Below, in pieces: positions 38,701-48,721 of a stretch of DNA of 64,000 nt (the stretch's first letter is position 1; every line of letters starts with the position of its first letter). Source of the stretch: Raillietiella orientalis (taxonomy: Eukaryota); NCBI GenBank assembly GCA_036172245.1, contig JAYWIR010000035.1, positions 310,001 through 374,000 of the forward strand, given 5' to 3'. Below the pieces are notes generated by a model. The model was not told the DNA's origin, searched no databases, and saw nothing but the letters and a program-made list of their open reading frames with translations. The position numbers and the translations under genes were made by a program.

Positions 38701-41700
38701 GTGCTGGTCTGCATCCTTCTGGCGTGGGTATGGTTAGCCGTTATTTGTTTGAGGGTGAGTATACAAAATGCCGAGTCAAATTGTACATAGAAAAAAAAAA
38801 AAAAAAAAAACGAGAAAAAACACGCACTCTACACCAAAAAGATTCGGCGGTAGGCGGGTGCCTCTACATTTAAAAGAGGATGGAAATCGCAGCTTCCAAA
38901 AGGTGTCTGCCGCGAGATAGATATCAACAAGGAAGAGACCCTCCTAGAAACGGACTGCTCTCTGCAAGGATCGTCGCTCCGTCTCGAACACCCGAAACAG
39001 CGTGAACACTAGAATCTGTATCAAAAGCCTTTCGTGACTCTTTCAGGAAAGCAAGGGGAGCAGGAAACGCGATTTCTGTTCTCGAGCTGTGCTGCAACGT
39101 GTGTTCATAACCACCCACACCTCCCTTGGCAAATTACTTATTTCTTCGTCTAATACAACTTTCGAGCTTGTACAAAAAGGCCTTAAACGAGGTGCTTTGA
39201 AGATGTTCTCTATGTTGAGCTTGGACATCTCCTCATTTGTAAACCAGAGAAGACTAAACCGGCTCCTTTTTCTTTTCTTTTTGATGGAATCACTGACATT
39301 CTTATTATGAAAACGAATCAGCGCACGAGTAGGCATGGCAAAAACACAAAATGCAGAGAATGTGGGTGCATGAAACGGAAATAGGGAAACGTGTCGGAGG
39401 CACAGTAGAAAATCACTGATTGCATTTTTGTTAATTCTTATTTATTTCCCAATTTTTCGTTATCCATTCCTACAACTGATGATGAAGATCCTATGAAGAA
39501 ATGCATCATGTATTCCTGAATCACCGGGTTATCGGGACCCTTCTATGAATCAGATGGCCCCCATCCATATTGTTTTGTCGATCCACTTGTGTCTGCTACA
39601 CTTCGTTTGGACCATCTCCCTTTAAATTTAAAGATAAGAACATGTCATGTGTGGATAAAGTGCCACTTTCGAGAGGCCAAGTAAGCACGCCACAGAGCAC
39701 AGTAAGACTGCTCCTGAGGACAGCAAAAAAGGCAGAGGGAGGCTCTCCCTCTTTTCAGCAGGCTCCAAGGAAAACAAGAAACCACAGGAAATCAAGAAAG
39801 CGTCGTGATGTCATTGGATTGCAGTCTCCCGTTTTCCAAAGTTTCAAAACTTTCTCGTGGCTGTTCGCAGCCCTCATGGAAGCAATCAGATGGCGTCCCA
39901 GAACTCTGACGCCGTACATCTAAAAACAGCATGTAGCTGAGTGCATGCTAACGAGAACTTATTTTATCACGCCTCGATCTGAAAAGGATCTCTGAGTCCT
40001 GGAAAAGTCTGTTTCCAGCTGTTCCCCGCTAATCACTGAACTGCACCCCGCAGCATCCCAACCGATCCGCGTCCTGACCCCATTCTAGAGTTTTTGTTTT
40101 CAAAATTCTAAAAAGGAGAATCCCAACATTTCCATGGGGACCCTAGGAAAGAAGACAGAAGTGGACCTTGGGGATGTTCCGCTTCGGTTCGGAGACTCTG
40201 ATTGCAAGCGCAACAGATGGTGCACACCTACGGGGATGAGCACGAGAACGGGAGGGGCTGAATCTCAGGTGCAAGGAGGACGCGAGGCATAAAACGGAAG
40301 CACATGCAAGTTTGATCTCTTGTTCACGGATGCCATATAAATCTCAAATGGAAAACATGGTGAACTCTAGGGAATTCAAAGCGTGGTGGGAGCGTCCAGA
40401 ATAGTAGACCGCAAGCAGGTTGGGAGCATCGCCGATAAACTTTGAAACTTCAGAAACTTTGTCCACTGGCGTCCAGAATACAGTGGTAAAAAAGAAAAGG
40501 CAATAGAAGATGCATCGACGCTGTAGCTGTTGCTCCACTGTCTCTGGTAATTCTCTGTCCATCCGTTTACGTCTAGCAGCAGCGGTTCCTCGAATTCCAC
40601 AAATCCCGTAACACGTTGCAAGTCAAGAGCTGTTGTCGGCGTGTGATTTCTTTTTGTGCATGCAAGTTGACTGAATGATCTTTTTTATTGGATGTCGTTG
40701 GCAGGACAACAAGCCTACAAGCGCTGAGCTGAAGAAATACATCAAGAGCTGCCTAGAAGAAAACTATAGATTGCTGGGACCCGTTTCCTTTGAGGAAAAG
40801 TTAGTTTCTATCATGTTCTCACTACTTATCCTGACTTGGTTCTTTCGAGATCCTGGATTCATAACAGGGTGGTCTGTTTGGTTCAAAAAAACGTAAGTTT
40901 TACGCACGTAAAAAACTCGATTTCGACATATGGCTAGCGAAGTGTCCAATGCCTCCACCACCATTTTGTTCGCTGTGTTGATGTTTTTAATTCTCTCCCT
41001 GAGGAAAATCTTCCGTTCTTCTCTCAATGGTGAGTAAAAAAGGAAAAAAAAAAATTCCAAGGTGAAACTGAGAAAATGGACAAATGGATAATGACCACAG
41101 CTGCCGATAAAAATCCCACTCGAAAAAATGATTTGCTGGACTGGAAGACGATGTGCAGCCAGCTGCCTTGGGGCTCATGCTTGTTAATCGGTGAGCGAAA
41201 AATCACTACTCGAGTTCTTTAAGATAAGAACGTTCTAGGTTGCGGCTTCGCCTTGTCTGCTGGTGTCAAACGGTCCGGATTAGCAGCCTACATAGGCATG
41301 CAGCTGTCGTTTCTATCTGCTCTCCCGCCAACACTTATCGTGATCTGTGTAACAACGATTACATCGTATTTTTCGGAAATCGCTTCCAACACGGCAACGG
41401 CCAACATGCTCATTCCTGTGTTTGCGGAAATGGTAAGCACCAGTTGCCTCTTTTTCTTCCGCCACCTAACAGACCGTCGGGGTCGGCACATGGCCGGAGC
41501 TCCTAGTTTTGCCCTTGTAGGCTACGGGAATTTGGACATGGGAAGATGTCCAAACCCATACGAACCATCACTTCGGGAAAGAAAGGAAAAGCTTCGCAAC
41601 GAAGCTTTCATTTCACGGTTGCAGAGATTACAGCGTGAAGTGGGAATTTCGGTTTCGAGGAGTGAGTCCAGAGATCCAGCCCCGCTCGCGAGTCTCAAAG

Positions 41701-43514
41701 CAACTCTATCATAGGAGACCATGTGCAAATGATCTCCCCACGATAGAGTCAGTACCGAATGGTCACAGCTTCCTATCCGCGCCATGAACGCTTACTAATT
41801 TTAAGGCGGGGTACGGAACAGAGCGTTCAGTTTTACAAGCTCAGTAATCCTAACGCACCACAAGGCGCCTTTTGGGGGAAGATGATGACGCTTTTCTCCT
41901 TTCGCACGTCTACCACTTTTCTCAAGTCTCTTCAGCTTGTTCGGGTGCCCTACGCGCCGGGTGTGACACAGGGCAATCTGGACGGAGGTGAAATTCTGCA
42001 CGAACCTGTCAGGTCTTGCACAGGCGCAGAGTGCCACAGGTCCCGCTGTTGCGCGCAGAGGGCTTGCAGGGAGTCACGGGGACGATGAAGGCTCACGATT
42101 TTCCTACCTCGTTCGCTTTACGGGATTCCTGCAACGCACAGGTCATCTGGAATGCTCCCATCGAGCTGTCCCACTCTAGAGCAGCGTTCCCCGAACTTTC
42201 CCCATGACGGAACACTTCGCGAATCCTGAAATCTCAACGGAACACCTTGGTTATTTTATAGGGTAGATAGGTATTCATAATAAATAAATTAAGCAAGGAA
42301 ACAAGAGTTAAGAGAACAAAACGAACATTCATTCTCAAGTTTTAATTATGCAAAACAAAACACATGAAAATAGTAAAATAATCTTAATAGCACTTAAAAC
42401 GCAACTGCTTTCATAATTTTTCGCGGAACACTGGTGTTCTGAGGAACATGGCTTGGGAAACGCTGCGCTAGATGCTGCTCGTCCCCTTTGGAAAGGAACG
42501 GTTTGCAACCCCTTTTAATTTTTTTTTTTCCCTCCACGAGTTCTCCTTAAGCACCCCGAGTATTTTTTTTTCTTTCTTCTCTCAAGAGGTTTCTGTGCCC
42601 ATTTCGAGTGCTACAAAGAAGTGAAACCTCCAGTTTGGGCACCTAGAAGAACTGGCAAGACCTTGAAGGTCTTTCCTTGGTTAGACATTTAGAAACAGGA
42701 CGGGAACTCTTCGCTCGGAAGATTTACTTTTCTTTCCTGCTTGCAAACAGCCGATCTGAACACACCAGAGATGCAGAAGAGCTTGCCACAGTTTTCCCTT
42801 CTTCCACGCAGTTCCTTCCTTGAGCATTCACCTCTTTCCGCCAGGGCACCGTCTCCATCTATTTATTTGATTTTGTCAAATCTTTTTTATCCGTATAATA
42901 ATTAAAGTTCGATTTTCTTGGGGAGAGGTCGGGCTTAATGAGATGACCGAGAGTTTAAAGACAACACGTGATGCTTCCTAACGTTTGCCAGTGTTCCATA
43001 ACAGCTCGCAGCATCTTCTGAGACTAGGGAGCGGGAAAAGAGGGGGGCGAGTTTCCTCCTTGCCTTCGTTGTTTTGGGAGGAGTGTGCAAGCCTGCTTGA
43101 ATCTGCTGCACGTGCGGGCTTTTTCATCCCATGTTCCATCTAGTGCGAAGTCCTGCGGCTGAACCCTCTGTACTGCCTGATCCCGTTGACTGCGAGCGCT
43201 TCCTTCGCCTTCATGATCCCAGCAGGAACGCCCCCCAACTACTTGGCTTACGAGACGTTGGGAATCAAAACGATTGACATGGTAAAGTCTGCAACCCCGA
43301 CGCGCTGCTTCAGAGCTCAAGTTTGAGCGAGTTCTGATCCCTGGAACGTTTCCATCTTCCTCTCTTTTTTTTTTTTTTGCAGGTAAAAAGAGGCTTCGCC
43401 TTGAACTTGATCTGCATCACTATGGTCAACGTGAACATCAACACGATTGGAAGGATCCTGTTCGATTTGGATTCGTTTCCTGCTTGGGCTCAACAAAACA
43501 GAACAACAACGTGA
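23613..43514 (+). CDS. SLC13 / Indy-family sodium:dicarboxylate(citrate) cotransporter, 12 coding exons, 580 aa (whole-gene span)
   Basis: Manually spliced exons 23613-23729, 28425-28690, 29989-30103, 36295-36422, 36711-36881, 38643-38754, 40705-40892, 40938-41029, 41101-41190, 41239-41432, 43144-43281, 43383-43514. All introns are GT-AG, phases are compatible and there are no internal stops. Family motifs: [84 protein letters not shown]-terminal FPAWA. Confidence 0.95.
24400..25350 (+). mobile_element. Decayed Tx1-like LINE 5' end/ORF1 in SLC13 intron 1
   Basis: Zinc-knuckle relic [10 protein letters not shown]...QCYN...H at ~25200-25290; A-box-like TGGCACAGTGG at 24420; GC-rich like the other copies. 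Confidence 0.5.
27030..27380 (+). repeat. Fragment homologous to the internal region of Tx1-like copy 2, with repeated CCCTTCGGAG-like units
   Basis: cccttcc..gggggt..ccct.cggag.gaatgaggaa..ttcccttcg matches the reverse complement of ~49850-49990. Confidence 0.55.
28425..28690 (+). CDS. SLC13 exon 2 ([15 protein letters not shown]...RFTGVTTR)
   Basis: Acceptor ttccag|, donor ag|gtaaga; contains EAKCA, MAxYW and LHKRIAL motifs. Confidence 0.97.
29989..30103 (+). CDS. SLC13 exon 3 ([21 protein letters not shown]...QQLHQ)
   Basis: Acceptor aatag|, donor cag|gtattc; contains the first SN-x motif. Confidence 0.95.
31280..31900 (-). mobile_element. Probable decayed hAT transposase
   Basis: IAC...[25 protein letters not shown] (RWxS-like), LDTFEDA and CLQLRFK (LDPRFK-like) appear in hAT order. 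Confidence 0.4.
34065..34618 (-). mobile_element. Mariner transposase 3' fragment with its terminal inverted repeat (SLC13 intron 3)
   Basis: [50 protein letters not shown]. The end TA-CGATTTGCTCATTTCAAAAGTAAG resembles mariner TIRs. Confidence 0.9.
34619..34760 (+). mobile_element. Inverted second mariner fragment ([11 protein letters not shown])
   Basis: Near-identical reverse complement of ~34316-34442; contains the YSPDL(A/T)PSDY motif. Confidence 0.9.
36295..36422 (+). CDS. SLC13 exon 4, variable cytoplasmic loop (HQNHGSAAL...EVETAE)
   Basis: Pyrimidine-rich acceptor ttag|, donor ag|gtattt. Open frame whose phases (0 then 2) bridge exons 3 and 5. The peptide itself is not conserved, so confidence is lower. 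Confidence 0.75.
36711..36881 (+). CDS. SLC13 exon 5 (PQIHRK...[27 protein letters not shown])
   Basis: Acceptor ttttcag|, donor ag|gtgagt; conserved YAANIGG..GT.PN motif. Confidence 0.95.
38011..38344 (-). pseudogene. H2B: Histone H2B pseudogene (orphon) in SLC13 intron 5
   Basis: Reverse strand reads [77 protein letters not shown]..(frameshift)..[25 protein letters not shown]. It has an in-frame TAG, has lost the TGISSKAMSIM and SREIQ segments, and carries frameshifts. Confidence 0.95.
38643..38754 (+). CDS. SLC13 exon 6 ([12 protein letters not shown]...[10 protein letters not shown])
   Basis: Acceptor ttccag|, donor agg|gtgagt; VNFxxW motif followed by a TM helix. Confidence 0.93.
38950..39260 (-). 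mobile_element. Non-LTR reverse transcriptase fragment in SLC13 intron 6
   Basis: [15 protein letters not shown]...[11 protein letters not shown]...[13 protein letters not shown] corresponds to the RT subdomains QxGF..G..EH and DxxKAFD. Confidence 0.55.
40705..40892 (+). CDS. SLC13 exon 7 (DNKPT...[11 protein letters not shown]...[12 protein letters not shown])
   Basis: Acceptor ggcag|, donor ac|gtaagt; LGPxSFxE and RDPGF motifs. Confidence 0.96.
40938..41029 (+). CDS. SLC13 exon 8 ([19 protein letters not shown]...)
   Basis: Follows a 45-nt intron (ctag|), donor g|gtgagt; corresponds to the xSDxTxxxxxxxLxF helix of SLC13. Confidence 0.88.
41101..41190 (+). CDS. SLC13 exon 9 ([29 protein letters not shown])
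   Basis: Acceptor cacag|, donor g|gtgagc; LLxWK...PWG motif. Confidence 0.9.
41239..41432 (+). CDS. SLC13 exon 10 (GCGFALSAG...[19 protein letters not shown])
   Basis: Acceptor ttctag|, donor atg|gtaagc; GFAL, SGL and second SNT motif. Confidence 0.97.
42182..42465. mobile_element. hAT/Charlie-type MITE, 284 bp, in SLC13 intron 10
   Basis: Imperfect TIRs CAGCGTTCCCCGAAC / GCTTGGGAAACGCTG; 8-bp flanks CTCTAGAG and CGCTAGAT (6/8 match; Charlie-type NTCTAGAN target); repeated subterminal GGAACAC motifs; AT-rich core. Confidence 0.85.
43144..43281 (+). CDS. SLC13 exon 11 ([10 protein letters not shown]...[12 protein letters not shown]...IDM)
   Basis: Acceptor atctag|, donor atg|gtaaag; NPLY and FAFMxPxxTPPN motifs. 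Confidence 0.96.
43383..43514 (+). CDS. SLC13 exon 12, terminal (VKRGFALNL...[17 protein letters not shown])
   Basis: Poly-T acceptor gcag|; FPxWA motif; N-glycosylation sequon NRT in the tail; TGA at 43512-43514. Confidence 0.96.
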   Translation, partial: VKRGFALNLICITMVNVNINTIGRILFDLDSFPAWAQQNRTTT

Positions 43515-43633
43515 AAGGCTCTTCGGATGCAGGGATGGCATGCGAGCCAGGTGTGCCAAGGATATTAGGCTTATATTTTTTTTAATCCTTTTTTGTTTTA
43601 AAATTGTGTACAAAAACATGCGATTTTAGACAA

Positions 43634-43639
43634 AATAAA
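43634..43639 (+). terminator. Probable polyadenylation signal of the SLC13 gene
   Basis: First AATAAA, 120 nt after the stop codon, with a T-rich stretch downstream. Confidence 0.6.
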
Positions 43640-45349
43640 CGTAAAAAGACAGCATTTCCATTGATTTTTCTGGGAGTCTTCCCCCCCCCTCCCCTTCCTT
43701 TTACAAAAACCAGTGTCCCGCGGATCATACGCAGACTTCCAGAGCCGTATGGCTCAAGGCGCCGGTGGGACTGAATGCCGCAGTATTTTCTTGCGTGTTT
43801 GGTTTACAAGAAGGCTTCGTAGAAGAAGGCGTTCCTTAATAGACACCAGGAGGAAGGGGAGACGTTGCTGGAAAGACCAGAGGACCCTCTGCTTCAATTC
43901 ATCAGTTGAACCTCTGCTCATCAGGGCTACTCGTGACCCGATACGCGAATGCTACCAATGAAGAGTAGTAAGTTAATAACGAGGCATTGTCATATTCCAT
44001 TTTCCTGGACCTCTGTAGCAACACTGCTTTGATGTGTGTGTGTGTGTTTTTTCCGAGGTCCGTTCAGTCATGCGCAGCCATCCCCTGCTTGCGTATGTCT
44101 TTGAAAGCAGCGCGATCTTTTCACAGCCAACCCTTCCTCCTTTCCTGGCTGCTTTCACTGTGCTGTTAAACCTCACCGTTTCCATTCCTCCGATAGTGAC
44201 ACGTTCGCCGTGCTGCTGTCCATGTACGTGCCGCAAGAACACGCACGTGGGCGCTTGAAATTCGCGAGATAAGGAAGATGATGCGGGGAAAGAGCAGTCT
44301 GGCGGTATGGATGGATCTGGGGGTCCGCAGGCCCTAGTTCCAGGCCAGGGTTTCGAATGACGCACGGATCCAAGCTCGTGCGCATCTTTTCTTCCTCCTG
44401 CAGCCTTTGGAACCTACGCGAAGGAGAACGCGCGCGTTGCCTTGGAAGGAAGCATCTTTGAAGAGAAGGAGAAAGGGGGGGCAAGTCGGGTGGCATCGAT
44501 TCCACTCGATGTGCAGTTCGACTAGCCAGGGAGAAGGCGATGCTCGCAGCTTGGAAGCGTCCGGAGGGAGAGTTGAGTAAAGGGGAGGGCAGGAAACTCG
44601 CGGAACTCTCCTTTGGATGTAAGAATAGTGTGTCTCTCCACAGTTGCTCTACAATATGTAGACACATTCTTTCTTTAAACTTTTCTTTAAACTTCCGAGG
44701 AACTCTGGTTCCTCGGAAACGCGGTTTCTAAGCGCCTGTTCCGACAGGAGGTGAGGAAAGACGCCAAGCGGATCCTCAGCTGCAGCCGACACTTCGGAGC
44801 ATCCGTGGCTCTGCAATCGCGTGCTTGTGGTGTGGAAAGAGGGGTAGGAGGGACGGCAGAATCGAAGTCCCCTTCAACGGAGAGTGGCGCCTAAACGCAA
44901 TCCCTGTTGAGACTGGCATAGCCGCACTGCTCGCCAAGGACACAAGGAAACAGAAGAACGAGCTCAAACGGCTCTCTGATGGAGCGCTGGCTGCAATCGC
45001 TTAGAAACCAACCGCAGAAAGAACGATCAGGAGGAGAGCAAACTGCAGAACGGAAGAAGGGGCAGCCCGAGTCAAGGGGTGGAACGAGGCGGAGGCGGAG
45101 TGCTTCCCTAGGCTCCACCGGAGATCGCAAAGGAGGGGGAAGGAGGGTGTCCCTAGCAGGCTCCCCCGATCCTTCTTCACCTGGGTCTCAGGGATCTTCA
45201 GGGCCTTCAGGAATAGCGACGGCTCTCCGGGCGCCTTCGAAACCAAGCTCCGAGGGTCGGTTGACCGCCCTTCTCTCCGAACGCTTTCCATGCCCTGACC
45301 GCGGAGCTCTGAGAAGGGAGGCTTCCAAGAACCATGGGCGACACGGGTC

Positions 45350-46000
45350 GTCTCGGCCAAGCCTTAAGCTCTCGCCTACAGTTTAGCTGGCCACTCTCGT
45401 CGGGGCACTGTCTGATGGCATGACTATTTTATGGCTACTCATCACTACTTCCTACTGAGGTGGTGACGGGATTTGGTAGGTCTCTCCATGGCCGCAGCCG
45501 GCAGATGCTTTTGAACGAGGCGACTCCAGGTCATTCGATTCAACCTTTGGAGTTGCATAACAGGGAACAAACGGCGGTCTACGCCATGCCCGTCAGAGGA
45601 AGGAGACGGGGGGGGGATGTGTGAATAGTTGTTCGCCCTGGAGGGAAGGACGGGTGGCGGAGGGCGGGAGGACCTGACCAGGAGGGAAATCCTGGACCTT
45701 AGGCGATGCTGGATGCCCGAGATGTTGTTCCTGGTCCCATGGCCTGGCACCGGCCGGAAAGCAGTCCTCCGCAGAGGAAGGGGGGGGGGAGGGAAAGGCG
45801 GTGCTCCAGGATAACTGGAGGCGATGCTGGAGCCCCAGCCATGTTCCCGAGTGGACCACAACGCGGGGGTAGGGGGAGGAATATTTGTGTGGTGGCCTAG
45901 GCTGCCTGAGAAAGAGCACAGCAATTCCCTCTCTCGCAAGACAACAGCAGCTCCTGCTGGGGACTCCTGAACAGCGCCACAGCACAGTAGTAGAAGGGAG
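45350..46000 (-). mobile_element. Decayed APE-endonuclease domain of a LINE ORF2 (I/Jockey/R1-like); GC-rich ORF1-like sequence upstream to ~47050
   Basis: VLWRCSGVPSR (QWNCxG-like), IAVLFL, ISLLVR, NNYSHIPP, SRHHL (GDxNxxHxxW-like) and APTR occur in correct order, with frameshifts. Confidence 0.5.
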
Positions 46001-47529
46001 GGTTGACAACACAGACGATGATCGAATTGTGCCTGGAAGCCGGTCAGGGAGAGGAAAGAAGACTCTTTCTCATTCCCTCTGCACCAAACCTGCAGGCGTT
46101 TGGAACCGGCACGGACCCCTACGGTCTCCCTGTCTGACCAATGGGCGCGATGCCATCAACAGTAGCCAACCTAAATAAAAAAAAAAAAATGACCGAAAAG
46201 AGATAACACTTTTGGGCCCATATCCATCATCTGGAGCAGCCTGCTTCGAGATCGCCGCCGGCTTTTAGCGGGTGCCTAGGAAAAATCTGTATCCTGAAGA
46301 TGCCTCCAGGATGCGGTGCATCACGGAGAATGGTCAAACCCATACCCTCAGGGGACGTGGGGGTGCAGCCGGAATAAGGGGTTCTTCCAAAGACGGACTC
46401 CAAACCACAGGCGAACTCCTTCCTCAGAGCGTCTCTTCCTCAGAAGACTAACTGAACCTCCCTGCGGTCAGAAGTTTGGGGATCTCACAGGAGGTGCAAT
46501 CGCTTTTTCCGCGACAAGTCCCCGAGCAGGACCGCAGGCTCTCTCTGTTCGGCTTGCATCCTTCCCCCAGCGAGGAAGGATTCCGCTAACGGGTCACTTG
46601 CTTCCCGAGAGACCCGGTTCGCACCTCCAGGTTCCTGTCGATTCCTTTTTCCCTTCCTCCGGACAGGAAAGACTTGAGCCAGGAGACCTTTTCCAATGCG
46701 GATTGCAGTCTGGGCGCAACCCGATCTTTTTTTTTTTTTTTTTCCCGGGTCCCGCGTCTCCTCCTCCGCCCGCTTGCTCTCGGAATGGCCGCGAGCGACG
46801 CCAGGGCTGGCCAGAACTCGCGCGCAGAGGGACGCGACAAGGTTGGAGCGGACACCTGCCTCGAGGGGTCACGCGACTGCTCTGTCGGCTGCGACGAGCA
46901 CGCTCTCGTTCGGCAGGTGCACACACCAGAGGCGCTGCTAGCCTCGATCCGGAACGCTTGTGCCCGTCCACGTCCAGGATTCTCCCTGGGGAACCCCGGA
47001 ATTCACCTCTTCGTGCAATCGCAGCGTGTGAGCGTGTAAAGTTCTTCTTCCCTTGTTGTCCTCCCTCTTTTGCTGTCACCGGACCTTTCTGTGATGCTCC
47101 TCTTGCATGCATTTTTTTTTTGTTTTGATTCCTCGGAGTCACGCCCCCACACTTTCCACCCACGTGCTCTCCGTCACACCTGAAAGCGTAAATGGGAATG
47201 CGTGCGCGTACAAGTGCGGGGGAGAAACGCTCACAGACGAGAAATGCATGAATGAGGCAGCAGCTGTAGACTGGACAAGCACGCCAGGAACATCATCAGC
47301 TGCTAGCGAATCGGCGGCAGAGTTCCTACAAGCAGGGCTGCCAGTGGTTTGCGGGCTTCTCCGGGAAGCAGCAGACGGAGACTGACGGTGTGCTGAAGCG
47401 CACTCGACAGTCTCCGGTAAAGACGACGGTAAGTCTTAGGGTCGTAGTCTTGGACTTCCCTATCAGCCTGCTTGAGAACGCAAAACAAAAAAACGGTCTG
47501 GACCAACCACGAGGAGAACCTTGGCCCGC

Positions 47530-47850
47530 GGTGGTTTTGTGTATGTAGGTGTGTATGTGTGTCCGTGTGAGGGAAAGAAAGGTTTCAGTGGGATGAGAGA
47601 AGGAATCATTGAGAAATTCATTAAGGAAAAATTCAGTTGAGAAAGATCATTGAGAAAGGTTTTTTAATCTTTGATTTTCTCTGATCATCGAGAAAGGTTT
47701 TAGTTAAGAGTTCTGGTCCTTCCGCTTCCCCTCTGCAATTGCTTTGCATCACGCTTTATCGGTATTATTTAATAAATTCTTTTCCTTTCTACGTCTTGTA
47801 TTCACGCTCCCTTGAGTACGGAGAGCACGAAGATTACTAACCTCATAGTT
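47530..47850 (+). repeat. LTR-like segment with three ATCATTGAGAAA-type units and AATAAA
   Basis: Short internal tandem units, AATAAA at 47771, and a CA end followed by a degenerate PBS-like TTGGGCTGAGGAAACTTGGGATC. No second LTR or TSD found. Confidence 0.3.
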
Positions 47851-48721
47851 GGGCTGAGGAAACTTGGGATCATCTGTATAACGTGAAGAAAAAAAAATTA
47901 AGAAAGAGATTCGCCATTATAAATTTTAAACTTGGGAAAATGACATCCATTGGGGAAGGAAGGGGTTGGGGGGCAAAAACGGCGGAGCCTTCCACAGACG
48001 GGGATGAGACCCACTGAGACAACAAGATCCCTTGTAGGTGGTCTGCATAGTAGGACAGCACTCATGGGCGAAGTCCAAGGAAGTATCTGATCGAAAAAAA
48101 AAAGAAGAAAAAAAACAAAGACTGGAGCAACAAGAAGAGCAAGAATCAAGTCGTCCTCCACCTTCACGTAGAGGCTCATGATGAATGACACTGAGGTTCA
48201 GTGACCCCGAGAAGCGGTTCGTTTTCGATATCATCAAACGATACGGGTAAGAATTGCGTTCTCCCTTGAAGGTGCTGTGTGTACAGTGTACATACCATAC
48301 AGTGTACGCGCCTTTAGACTACCGCAATACCAACGAAGCAACTCTAGCCGCTCTCGGGATGCTCAGAGGTGCAAAGCTTCCGCTCAGAAAGGAGGAAACT
48401 GGATGCGCACGGACCTGCAGCATGGAGCCTCTAATTGGAGTGTAATCTTACGTGCACACTGAGAACCCACAAGGAAGAGTCCATGGAAGAGAGAAGCACA
48501 AACATCTCCTGCATATTTCCCTCACGTTTATGGCCAGCTGGGAGAAGTGTCCCGTGGTATGTTCGTTCCCATTTGTAGCTGTAGGCAGTAAGATGCATCA
48601 CGGAGGGGGAAGCGATCCGAGGACGCAGAGCAAATTTTTTTTTTTAAAAAAAAAAAACATGCCAGTGGCGACCTCAATTGGAGATCGTTACTATTGGCCC
48701 AGGATGATTCTCACCGAATTA

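Noticed and set aside
47590..47705. CRISPR-like array of repeated ATCATTGAGAAA units
   Set aside because: Eukaryotic context, irregular spacing, degenerate units and no cas genes.
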